In this document: one piece after another, positions 23,729-34,810 of the stretch
How the letters are laid out: every line of letters begins with the position of its first letter
Position numbering within the stretch: the first letter of the stretch is position 1
Assembly (NCBI RefSeq): GCF_000315625.1
Contig: NW_005434576.1
Coordinates: 62,001-126,000 of the forward strand
Length of the DNA stretch: 64,000 nt
Source: Guillardia theta CCMP2712
Taxonomy: Eukaryota; Protista; Cryptophyta
Reading direction: 5' to 3'
The notes under the pieces: generated by a model
What the model saw: the letters and a program-made list of their open reading frames with translations, nothing else
Told to the model about the DNA's origin: nothing
The model's database searches: none
Program-made: the position numbers and the translations under genes

Positions 23729-25950
23729 CTAAATCAAACTTGCTGCAGAGCAGTTCAACAAGCGTACTTGTTCTTGTTGTTCGGCCCTCTGCCTTTGGTG
23801 ATGACCTGCAGAACTCGTCAGCGATGAGGGAGGGAGGGAGGGAGGGAGGTAAGGATGGGAGGGAGGGAGGGAGGTAAGGATGGGAGGGAGGGAGGGAGGG
23901 AGGTAAGGATGGGAGGGAGGGAGGTAAGGATGGATGGGAGGGAGGGAGGGAAGAGAGGGAGGGGTGGTGGGGGGAACATGCCTTCCACGCGCCGTGGACA
24001 ATCTTCCAGAGCCAGAGGAAGTTGAGACCTGAGCAAAATAAGGGCACAAAGACAGAAGCAGATGGCGACCTGTTAGTCCAAACGAGCACAAGACAAGCAT
24101 GACACGATGAGGCTCCATGATGCTGAGCGAGCAAATGAAGTAAGCAGAGAGACGCTGAGTGAATGGCTGGGTCACCTTCCCTCCAACACTCGCCCTGACA
24201 CTGTCCTGAGCTCCGGGTTCGCAGCTCCTCTGTCGGTTCACTCTGTTAGGGACAGGAGGAAGAGTAGAGGAAAGGCTGACGTGAGTACTGAGATCAACTC
24301 GAGCACGCGAGGCAGAGTCAGCTTGGCGGAGAGGAGGACGCGGAGAATAAATCCTGAGCACATGAGGACCGCAAGCACCTGGCAAGACAATCAAAGGAGG
24401 AATCGTCGACGAGAGGAGGAGCACAATGCTTCTCGAGCCCTTCAGTTGCTTCGCCTTCGCTGCCTGGAAACAAGGCTCAGACCGCCTGGCTGGTGGGCAG
24501 CTAAGGATCCGCACCTGACCGAACGCTACGGGCAGCGCGCAAGTGCATTCGACAGAAGTGAGCATGGTAGCTTCTTCAGTGAACTCTCCTTTGGTCAACA
24601 CCTGACGTCAAAGATCAAGCCTGCTCTACTCTCGACAGCCTCCTGTCACCACTATGAAGGCTGCGACCGCCAGGAAGTGATGCAGCCAAATGTCCTTCCT
24701 GAGGCCCGTCTGGCTTCCCGTGTCAGGCTCGACGTCACTCACCACCGTCATGCTCACTCTGTCTTGAGCGACATTCCTTGCAGCTGCTTTCTCCATAATC
24801 TCTTGCCGTTTTGTCCGGACAATCTGCGAACAAAGGAACATCACAACCTCGCATCCTTCCCTCCCCTCCCCCATCGCGCAAACACAAACCTTGTCATCCG
24901 AATTTTCAAGGACTGCAGACGCACACATGGCAGGGATGGCAATTCCATTGAAGAGCATCTTCGTCGGACAGAGACTTCAGCGATGCAAACAAAACACTGA
25001 ACCCGGGCCATCACCTCGAGAACAAGATGCGAGAATCCGGTTTGCAGGATCAGAGGCTGGAGATCACAACCAAAATCACATCGTGACAACACCGCTAGCG
25101 AGATTGTCTCTTGATGACGTCACCTGGATGTTCATCAAGGTACTCTTGGGATTCCAGGCTGCAGCCAGCGACAAGGACCCTGGCACGCGAATGGGCGAAA
25201 CGAGCAGCACAGGAGAAAAGGTTAGTGCACCTAACAGGCCTAAGAAGCCGACATCCGCCACCTTGCAACAGAGAATGAGATCTTTCTTCTAGCAAGACAC
25301 TATCATTCCACCTTAACAACTGTGTCGCGCATGTAGGGGTTCGAACACCAGCAGATCAGTGCCTTGTTGGCTGGAAACACATGTTGAGATGTCCAGGGAC
25401 GACTGAGATGCCAAATGACCTGCATGCAATCCAGAGATGAAAGTTCCCGGTCCGAGGAGCGAGCAAAGGATCGGGCTCCTTGCTGGGCTCGGCGACTTTG
25501 GGCTCCATGGTCCAAGCTTGAACAACATCAGCATCTTACTGCTGCTTCCTTCGTCACCTCAGCTCGGCGCTGGAAGTTGCCAGCCAAAGGCAGATTAGCA
25601 GGTTTCCAGTTCTGTGACATTCGGATATAAGCCGAAATGAGAGGGAAAAGTGAAGTTTAGCGGACATCAAGAAGGAGGACACATTCCGATTCCACCAAGA
25701 AGAAAAAGATTCCGAGGAGGAGCAAAGGACTGTTCAGAATCGTCAGACTTCTCGATTGCAAGGGCAGAGGCAACAAAGTGGCTGAATTTCTTATGGGAAG
25801 ACAAGATCTCTGTGTGGGTCATCAAGCGGACCTCTTCATTTTCGGCCAGATTTCGTCAGTCTGCAGAACAGAAACGAGACTCAGTGTTCTGAGGAACGAA
25901 TCGCAAAGGATGCGGCTTCAAGAGAGGATCACCGAGACTTCCACACCCTG
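23729..25950 (-). CDS. Multi-exon TLC (TRAM/LAG1/CLN8)-domain membrane protein
   Basis: Exon fragments DIWLHHFLAVAAF, TSVECTCALP and LNFLWLWKIV correspond to the TLC HH, E-x-(S/T)-x-P and LNxxWxxKI motifs; the 5' end is unresolved. Confidence 0.6.
23826..23965. repeat. Intronic (GGAG)n / ggaggtaaggat microsatellite
   Basis: Visible low-complexity repeat. Confidence 0.9.
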
Positions 25951-26371
25951 GGTCTCTGCCCCTAGAATCTCTTTCTCCGTTCCTCTTTCAATCTCCCGGG
26001 ATCTCCCTGCCTCCCTGCCCTTCTTCCCGCTTCCCTTCCTCCTCTCCCTCCTTCCATGGCCTCCCGGCGCACGGGCAAATTGAAGTAACGACCTTCCGAT
26101 ACAAACAAGTCCGCCTCAGCCGAAAGGGGTACTGAGCGGCCCGGGGCCGCCGTGACTCACTCAGCCGGCGCGTCACCCGTCTCAGTGACTCATCAGCCCG
26201 GCGGCCTACCGTACTAGTAGACTCGAAGCTCCTCAGGGCCTAATAGGCTCCCAATCAAACTTCCCTGGCGGTGCTAAGGCGTCTCAGCCTACAGTGAGGG
26301 TGCCGGGCACACTTCAACTCAGATCATCTTAGTCACCGGGTGTCCGACTACTACTTTACTAGGCTAACAGC

Positions 26372-28371
26372 TCACACTGAACCATCATGGTTGCTTGCCG
26401 GCTGGTCGTGCTTCATGTGACCCGCCAGGGGGAGCTCGGCACTGTCACAGTCCTTGACAAAAACGCATTTCTGGCAGGGAGGAAGTTTTGAGCATTGAGG
26501 GCACCATGACGGCATGCGCGAGGTTCCTCTCTTTCTCCGGATGTTGTTGGGAGCCATCAAAAACTGATGTCCGAGTCTGCACTCCCACAAGAGCTTGGTG
26601 TTGGAACCTTTGTACTCCTGTGACAAGCATCGGCCTCCATGCAGCGCTGCCGTCTCATGCATGTCGTGTATCGTCAGCCTCAAATTTTCCTTGCGACATT
26701 CAGGGCACCAGAATCCTCGGAAGATCGTCTCAGCTGTTGCGTTCCATACATGGCCGTCGGAGCATTTCCACATCATCTTGTCCTTCATCTTGACGTACTG
26801 CTCAGACAAGCATGAGCCTCCCCGCGATGAGGCGATCTGCTTGAGCGTGTAGAACCTCTGTAGCTTGTTTCGACTTCCTTTCCTGGCATAATGCCGACCC
26901 CTTCGATGATGTCGTGAAGGTGATCGCGGGGTCGCTTTTTCAACTCAACCTCTGATTCACTTTCCAATCGAATCTCTTCTAGCCGGCTGGCCACGTCTTG
27001 GTCTGTTACGCAACATGATTTGTCCATGGGCATTGCGACAAGTCGGCGAGCAAGATTCCTGGCTTCCTGCTCTATTACACTTGAGCTCATGTGAGATCGA
27101 GACAAGTCTTTGATTTTCTGCACAGTCGCAGAATATTTCAAGGCTGGAATGAGCCTTTTTGCTTCAAATTCGACATGCTCCTTCACCAGCTCTAAGATTT
27201 TCTTGTACTTGGTCTTTAATGCCGCCCGCAAAGTCTCGGATTCATCACCACAGTCCTTCAGAATGGTTTGTAACGAGTCCATTGCGAGGAGAACATGGTC
27301 CAGCTGCTCGATCAGCGGGAGCCTACTGTGCAGCTGCTGCTGAAAGTTACACGCGCTTGAGAGGTAGATACATCTCTTTGCTTCGAGCAGGAGGCCGACC
27401 TTGAAGTGAAGCCTCGAGAACAACGTTGATGTAGTGGAAACGTCCTCGCTTGCGTTGTTGTTCAGCTGCTCTCTGAACTCCTCCAGGTCTTCCTTCAAGC
27501 GGTTGTTCACAAAGGAGAAGAACATAACACACTCCCGCACACTCGGCTTCTGGTCCGACTCCGTCTTGAGGCTCTTGAGAACGCTATGGCTCAGCCAATG
27601 GATCAGAACCTGAAAGTACGTTTCCTCAACGTACATGTCAGTAGTAGTGAAGTAATGCTTCACGCACGAGATGGCCAGGAGAGGCAAAAGAATATCCCGC
27701 TCTCTGTCCATGTTGCCCAGGATCTGCCCTTTCAAATTCACCACCCAATCGTTTATCATCGAGATGTTTTCATGACTTTGGCCAGTGAGCGAGGGGCGCA
27801 AAGACTTGTCCATTTTCAGCCACACGCTGTGCTGTAGCCCCTGTCTGGCAAGCAGAGCAGAGAGTTGGACAAGATGGACATACCATTGTCGCAGCTCGTG
27901 CTGTCTCGAGCTCTCTGCATTCAAAATCTGTTGCGACATGTTGTGAAATCTCTCGGCCGTGAGCTTGCCGACCTTCTCTTTCCTCTTCAAAGTCCTCTGC
28001 TCATGCACTTCCATTATGAGTTCGTTGATTCTCGATAGGCTGGCTTTCTGAGAGTCCAACAAGGCCCGGACAGCTGCCTTGGGGTTCCGCAGAGGACTCC
28101 AAGAACCTGACGTTGAGCCCTGTAGGCCTTCTGATTCATAGCTGAACGTGAAGTTCACTTGTCTTCCTCTAGGTTGACCTGCTGTCACCACTGCCGTGGG
28201 TGCAATGGGGACACTTAGATGGCGAGGTACTGAGCTGGTCAACTTCCGAAAGCAGACATTGGGAGGTGAAGGGAACAAAGGGATGAACGAGTTTGTGCGC
28301 GCAAAATGTGCCACCAGACACAAAGTAGCAAGGCTGACCTTTGCAGATTTCACGGCAAAGGAAGAGACCAT
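26372..28371 (-). CDS. Protein with signal-peptide-like N-terminus, helical (hemerythrin-like?) core and C-terminal tandem zinc ribbons
   Basis: ORF 26785-28620 (ATG 28371) overlaps ORF 26372-26809 in another frame. The latter has two GGxCLSxxY...WxCxxGH...WCPxC repeats, the first starting upstream of any ATG in its frame. Confidence 0.6.
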
Positions 28372-29602
28372 CCTGTGTTCCTGTCTCGCGCTCACTCCCG
28401 CGTTCCGTGGCGCGTGCTCGTCCTCCTCGTCCTCATCCCAACTCAACACCCCAGGCAGCCTCCACCCCAGGCAGCCTCCACCTCCATGTTGCTTGAAAGC
28501 ATACCCGTTATATCCGTTACATTCCTTTACACAGAGGCTGTGCTGCCGATTGCCGTGATCAGAGTTCGGAAGCCTGCCGCCGGGCCCGGCGGCCCGGGCC
28601 CGGCCAGTGAACTTTGGCACTGCCGCAACTTAAGTTAGTGTACCTGGCAGGAATCAGTTAAGTTTGGGATACAGCAATCGGCAGGATGAGGGCTCGGGTT
28701 GGTTCTCGCTGTCTTTCTAAGTTCTCGCCGTATGGCCTGTGCCGCGGGATTAAATTCACAATGAAGCCCCGGGCCTGCGGTCTTTAAAGCCTGATCGACT
28801 GACACTGAAGCTTCACATTTCAGAGGCAAGTTTTTGTACTGATTTCGATATCGAAAAACAACCAGCAAGTCATATATATATATAAAAAACTTGTCCGATC
28901 TTTGCATATTCTAAAGTTATAGCTCCTGAAGATGCCAGGCTGATACTGGCAGGGTGGCAATGCCACCGATTGCCCCCCTGCTGTGTGGTTCTGCACGAAA
29001 TCATCATCGCCATGGAAAGAAGCCCAGAAGGCCAGAGAATCCGATGCCGCCTTCAAGGCTTAGAAACTGCTTCCGAACAAGATTGCAAGCGATAGGCTGC
29101 CCGGCATCATGAGGCAACTGAGTTGTACGTCGACAAGCTCGCTTCACTCGATTAGCAGGTCAGTAACAGGATCTTAGTCGGGCACCCAGGTCACCGGTCT
29201 CGGTTCGGCCGGCAGTTGCTCGTGAAGGGGGTAGGGGTCCATGACCCCAGGTGATATAAGAGAGGGTCTGAAAAGTTTATAAGAGGGGTCCACCAATGCA
29301 GAGAGGGTAGAGGGAGGGTAGGGTCAATACTCGAAATTCGTTGGAAAGCACTTGCTCGCGACAGTGACGATGGGGGTGAGGCTTTGAACGCTTTCTTCCA
29401 GATAGACAAGTGAGAAGAATGAAACAAGACAAGCAATCTTGTCTTGTTTGTTCTGTGAGGCCTTTCTTGCTTGTTTGGAAGTTCTCAAACAAAAGCTTTC
29501 AGCTTGTTCTTTGAAAGTGCATTGGATGTCATGGACTGCTGAGCGCATCACTGACCCATTCTCAGATGCTCCTGGTGCCAAGAGATTGAAAAGGAAGGAG
29601 AG

Positions 29603-32600
29603 ATGGGAGGGGGGGCAAGCAAAGGCCATGCTTCTAGCGTTGCCATCAAGGAATCGTTCGAGCGATCCTCGAAGCTCGAGCAGGTCAGATCATCGATCAT
29701 CGCATGGGATCATGAACTCTGACGCTGCTATGGAATAGGAGGTGCAGCGCTTAGAGCAAGAGAAGCAAGAGCTGGAGCAGCAGCTGAATGAGAGTACGGA
29801 TGCCTCCTCCAACAGGACTGTGAGCTTGACATCCGTGGGCAGAGAACTCCGACATCGAGCAGCTCGGGGAGCTCAACAGGAACCTGGAGAGAGAGAAGGA
29901 AAACTTGGCCAATGAGACGCAGAACTCGGTAGGCCCTGAGAGCGATGGGAGCTGGCATGCAGCTGGAGCCGGCTGTGCTGAGAGAGTTGGCAGATGGAGG
30001 ATCAGAAGTCAGCGGAGAAGAGCATCTCAGAGTTGAAGAAGGAGATGGAGGCGATGCGGGCGCAGTTCTTCCGTCTTGAGGCGGAGCTGCGGGACACGTG
30101 CGAGCTCGTGATGTCGATGATGCTCTTGTGATGAGCGAGTGCAGGAAAGGAGAGCTCAACATTGAAAAGGAAGAGCACGGACACTCTCGTACTGAGATCG
30201 AGCGCGTCGGTAAAATGCTCACAGAAGCGGTAGGTCATAGCAGCTCAACATGTGAATCTTCCTGACCCTCACAAACCATAACGATTTCTGCCAATCAGAT
30301 CTCGGAGAAAGAACAAGTAGAGAACAAGATGAAGTCTATCCAGGAGGAGAAGGATGAAATCGAAGGATTGTTGAGAGCTGCAAAGGAGTCCTCCGACTTG
30401 TATGCTATCCCATGAATGATGCGCTTGTAACTCTTTTATTGCAAGATACAAAGATTTGTCAAGCAAGCTGATGCAGAAGAAGGCTTCGTCAGAAGAGGTC
30501 TTGTTCTGCTAATGAGAAAGTGAGTTGTAATCACCCATTCCATTTCAGGCAAAAGGAAAGGACACTTCATCCTCAATCAAGGAAGAAAGCAAAGATGTTT
30601 CAACTTACAAAAAGGTCGTCGAGAAAGTTGATGTCGACAATCTTGCCATGGTCAAGCCCAAGATGGCTGGAAGGTTCTCGAAGAGTGGGGATGAGCGTGT
30701 CTCAACTTTGATTGCAGGTTGAAGGTTTGTGTCATATCTACATTTGAAGACTTCTTCATGGAACGAGACCTCATTCGCAAGGAAGTCTACGCTAATCTTG
30801 CTGGAGTCTGCGAAGCGAGGAACATAGCGCTTGAACTGGTCGATCTGTGGGAGGGAGTGCACAAGCAAAACGTGTCCACTCTGACACAAAAGTCAGCTGT
30901 GATTGCTTTCTCAACGTTCCTCTGACTTGCCTTTGGCAGCTTCCATGTGGGCTCATTGTACCTCAAGGAGATCGAAGACTCTGACATCGTTGTCATCATG
31001 CTCGGCGAGCGATATGGTCAAGAAATCGGCGAGGAGGTCGGAGCGAAGGAATCAGCTTCCCGTCAATGGCTGCAGAGGTATCGAGCTCAATCCAGCAGCT
31101 ATGGCAGCACGATGCACCTGGCGACCATGTATGCAGCATTCTACTGCGGAAGCGACAACTCTCTTCCGACTTACTTCCAGCCTTGTCGAACTCTTGCTTA
31201 CTTCCGAGATCCAACCTTTATCAATGGCTTGCCTGAGACGATGATCCAGCACTTCGAAGCTGAGAGTGGGAGAAGTGCGAGCAAGCTTACAACTCTGAAG
31301 GAGAAGTTGAAAGAAACAGGAATCGTCCGAGAAGAAGCATATGCTGACCCACAGGTCCTCTCCAACCTGCTGTATGAAGACATCAAAACCATCATCGACA
31401 AATCCTTCCCTGAGTCGTTCACACGATTTGACCGCGACGTCACCGTCAACGAGTCGTTCATGGAGACTCACGCATGGATAGGACAAGGAGGTCGAGGCCT
31501 CCTGCTGCCAGAGGAAGTGAACAGCATGATGGACAGGATCAGACGATACTTCGTGGGGGATGCGGCGCAGCCTCTTGTTATCATCGGGGAGGCAGGTTCC
31601 GGCAGGACCGCCATGATGCACGCCAACATCAAGGCGCTCATGAAACGGTTCCCTCCTCCTGACACGACGCATATCTATCACTTCACAGGGTAGGACGTGG
31701 CCCTCCTGTGGCAGGCGCCTCATGCCTGGTTGACAGGTGCAGCAACGACGCTAAAGATCCTTCCACATGGATTTACAACGTCTGCAAGAAGCTGAAGAGC
31801 GAGACTGGCATCCAGCTGGAGATCTCGCAGAGGCCTGACGAGCTGATCAAAGAGTTCAATCAGGTGCAACAAGACCCACTGAGATCGAGACCTGACGTCT
31901 TTCCCAGTGGCTGGAGGCCGTCAGCTCAACTGGTTTGAAACTTTTCTTGTTCCTCGATGGAGTGGACGCTTGTCAAAACCTCTCCATGAACGAAGATCCC
32001 GTCTGGTTTGTGCCCAAGAATCTTCCGCAGGGTGAGCATGGCTCCTTTGCTTCCTCTAGTCATGCTTCAAGTCACCTCGCCTTGCCTCGCAGGGGTCCGC
32101 ATGCTGCTGTCGACAGGAGCGGGGTCTACCTTGACAAGCTTGGCTCAGCGGGGATGTGGAGCCCTCACCCTGAAGCCGCTGGATGAGAAGCAGAAGCAGA
32201 CGCTGATTGAAGGCTATCTGGCAAGAGAGAACAAGACTGAGTTCGCCAGGAAAGGAATCTCGAGGCTCGTTGGATCCGACAAGACTGGAAACCCTCAGTT
32301 CCTCTGTAATGTACTCGGGGAGATCCACTCGATCGGGGTGCTTGATGGCGTAGCCACCATGGAGCCTGTGCAGTACTTCCTTGAAGCAGACCACCTGCCC
32401 ATGATGATAGAAAAGGTTCTTTACAGATGGGAGAGCAACTACACCGGGAAAGGAGCGAGTACTTCCCTTGTCAGAGATGCGCTCACTTGTATCTGGGCAA
32501 GCCGGTACGGGTTGTTGCGAACGGAGATCGTCAAGATGTTGGATTCTACCCACGTGCACTTGTCGAAGCTGCTGCGGGACTGTTCCTTGCTCATGATCGG

Positions 32601-33781
32601 CCATGCGGGGATGTTCAACTTCCAATCTCAGACCATGTCTCAGGTGATACAGCAGCGGTACATGCCGACTCACGACGGGCAGATGGAGGCCCATCAGTTC
32701 CTTGCCAACTTCTTCGAGGACGAATCGAACTCCAGCCTGACAAGGCGGATTGAAGAGTTACCCTGGCAGCTCATGCAAGCAGGAGACAGCGAAAGGCTCT
32801 GCAAGTGCATCTCGGAGACCAGGATGTTCCTCAAGCTCTGGGATCAAGACTTCCGCCTTGACTGCTGGAGGTATGTCCGCTTCCTAGAGCAGCAGAACGT
32901 CATCCTCAGCCTGGGAATGTACTGCAAGGCCAGCAGCAGCGCCTTCGAGCTGGAAGATCCTAAGCCCGAGCCTGAGGTGATGGCCGAAGCCAAGCTCAAG
33001 TACGGGGCCTTCATGGCTGAGCTGGGATTCATGGAAGTGAGCCTCGAGTTCCTGCTCAAGGCCAACGACACATGGAATGAAATGCATGAGAGCGAAGACG
33101 AACGAGTCGCGCAGACGTTGGAGACTGTGGCTAAGGTGCTGGCAAATCTGAAGTCACCCGAGGCATCGAAATACTTCGAGCGAGCCTTGCAAACAAGTAA
33201 CATGCTTCGGACAAGTAGCATCACACACACTGACCCGTCTTGCAGGAAACAGGCTGTGCAAGAAGACTGGACCGGACACAAAGCTTGCGATGCTGCATAA
33301 CGACTGGGGGCTTCATCTCAAGAGGGAGAGTCAGCACAACGAAGCGATCAGAAACTTCATGCGAGCTTCAGAGATCTGGACGAGGAAGCTCGGAGCCAAT
33401 CACCTCCATGTGTCGACAGCCAATCTCAACATCAGCACCACGTGTTACGCCATGGGGAACATGCAGACAGCATCGGAGCATGCAGCTCTTGCCATGGAAA
33501 TCCGCAAAGAGGCTGTAGGTGTCAACCATCCTCTATACGCTGAGGCGTTGCTCAACTTCGCTGCTGTTGAACTTGGGAAGGAGAAAATGGGAAGAGCCCG
33601 ACGAGAAGCCGAGATTTTAGTCCGTCAAGCCATTGCCATCTTCGAGAGGACTCGGGGTGGGCAACATGCTGACACACTGTGGGCAAGGTCGTTCCTGACT
33701 GAAGGCTTCGGAGCTTCCCTCATAGACGGAGATGACGACACCTCTGATGAAGATGGGGATGACGAGCAAGGAAAGATCTAG
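29603..33781 (+). CDS. Nephrocystin-3-like protein: myristoylation motif, coiled coil, DUF4062-like region, NACHT-type P-loop, TPRs
   Basis: Exon 1 MGGGASK...; coiled-coil exons; ISTFEDFFMERD, LVDLW, MLGERYG; GEAGSGRT (Walker A variant); FLFLDGVD; GNPQFL; EELPWQL; LGANHLHVSTA / VGVNHPLYAEAL TPRs. Confidence 0.8.
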
Positions 33782-34164
33782 CAAATGACTTGCTGTATTG
33801 TAAATATGTATTATTACACAACAATGATCAACAAAACTCATGTGACCAAGACCCCTCGAAAGGATGGCTGCCACTGTGTGGTTCATGCAAAAACTTCGCA
33901 GTCATAACCGCCAAGCCTTGGTCAAACATGTCCTTGTTGTTCATTGACACGGTCGTGAAAACAGCTCACAAGATGATACTCAGATCCGAACGCTGACCTG
34001 CCACTGAGTCGGGGTCTATGCAGAGTTCCTTCGCTATCCTAAGGTAGGTACTGTAAGCCTGGCAAGAGTGATCCAACCACGCCTAGTGAACTCTGACCCG
34101 TCATTCTCATCACCGTCGACATCTTCGCAGCAAATTGCTGCCCCCACGAATCCCAAGAAGGTGC

Positions 34165-34810
34165 CTAGTCCAGTTCGTAACGCAGAAGGGCGTACGACTT
34201 GTTGCTCCTGTTGTCTTTGACCGAACTCTGTGAAAGCTGAAACCCGAGGTACTTAAAAGTAGAAACAACAGGCATGAAGTCCGGTCGCTGACGATCCACG
34301 TACATCCAAACTGTGGTACATTCCAAAGACTCTGCAACCTCCAGAAGGGAGACCAGCGACTGCTTGCTCGAAGCTGAAATGGTTGAGGGTGCCGCAATGT
34401 AAAACTGGGATTTCTCACAGCTGTAGTGAGCACTCCAGTTCGCCAAAACTGTATCTTGCGACGACTTCTTCTCCACCGATTCAACCTTGAACGAGATGAA
34501 GCTCGAGTCCATCAAGGCCTCGGGCACATCCACAATCTCTAGTCCGCTCAGGGGGGCATTGCCATTCTCTCCGACCTCCTTGAAACCAAGGGTGGAGAGT
34601 TTACAGCATACGTCAAACCCACGACGGTGGCCGACCCACCAACGTGGAGCAAGAGCACGCCAGCACCTCGCTAATAGAAAACTGGTCAGTGTCTTGAAAG
34701 GGTTGACCACAACTGTAGCACCTGACGCGCCCAGAGGGAGAGAGTTTCTTGAAAACAGTCATACGACTCTTAGTACTACAAATGTGATTATTATCATTTT
34801 CTAACACCAT
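34165..34810 (-). CDS. OAZ: Ornithine decarboxylase antizyme; ORF1 (34810-34613) + ORF2 (34614-34165) joined by a predicted +1 ribosomal frameshift
   Basis: ORF2 contains SKQSLVSLLEVAESLECTTVWMYVDRQRPDFMPVVSTFKYLGF, the antizyme C-terminal signature. ORF1 ends ...GRPPSW-V-stop (TGG GTT TGA C) and the +1 frame continues D-V. Confidence 0.9.
34556..34621 (-). promoter_or_regulatory. +1 frameshift site UGG-GUU-UGA-C with adjacent 3' stem-loop
   Basis: Stop at 34615-34613. Downstream RNA GUA-UGCUGU-aaa-CUCUCC-ACC-CUUG-guuu-CAAG-ga-GGU-c-GGAGAG-a-AUGGCA-a-UGC pairs as nested stems. Confidence 0.75.

Noticed and set aside
24107-25000. 297-aa plus-strand ORF
   Set aside because: Antisense to exons with TLC motifs and proper splice sites on the minus strand; no recognisable features.
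28635-29112. Short minus-strand ORFs upstream of the zinc-ribbon gene
   Set aside because: Could be a small gene, but no motif or convincing splice model could be established.
34579-34618. Possible 40-nt GT..AG intron that would remove the antizyme ORF1 stop and fuse the frames
   Set aside because: Shorter than the 44-57 nt introns I measured, no branch-like CTRAC near its 3' end, removes the conserved D-V after the shift site and cuts through the stem-loop. Disfavoured but not excluded without RNA data.
34615-34710. N-terminal 32 aa of ORF-track entry 34165..34710
   Set aside because: Begins at GTG and is only the +1 frame of ORF1/intron sequence.
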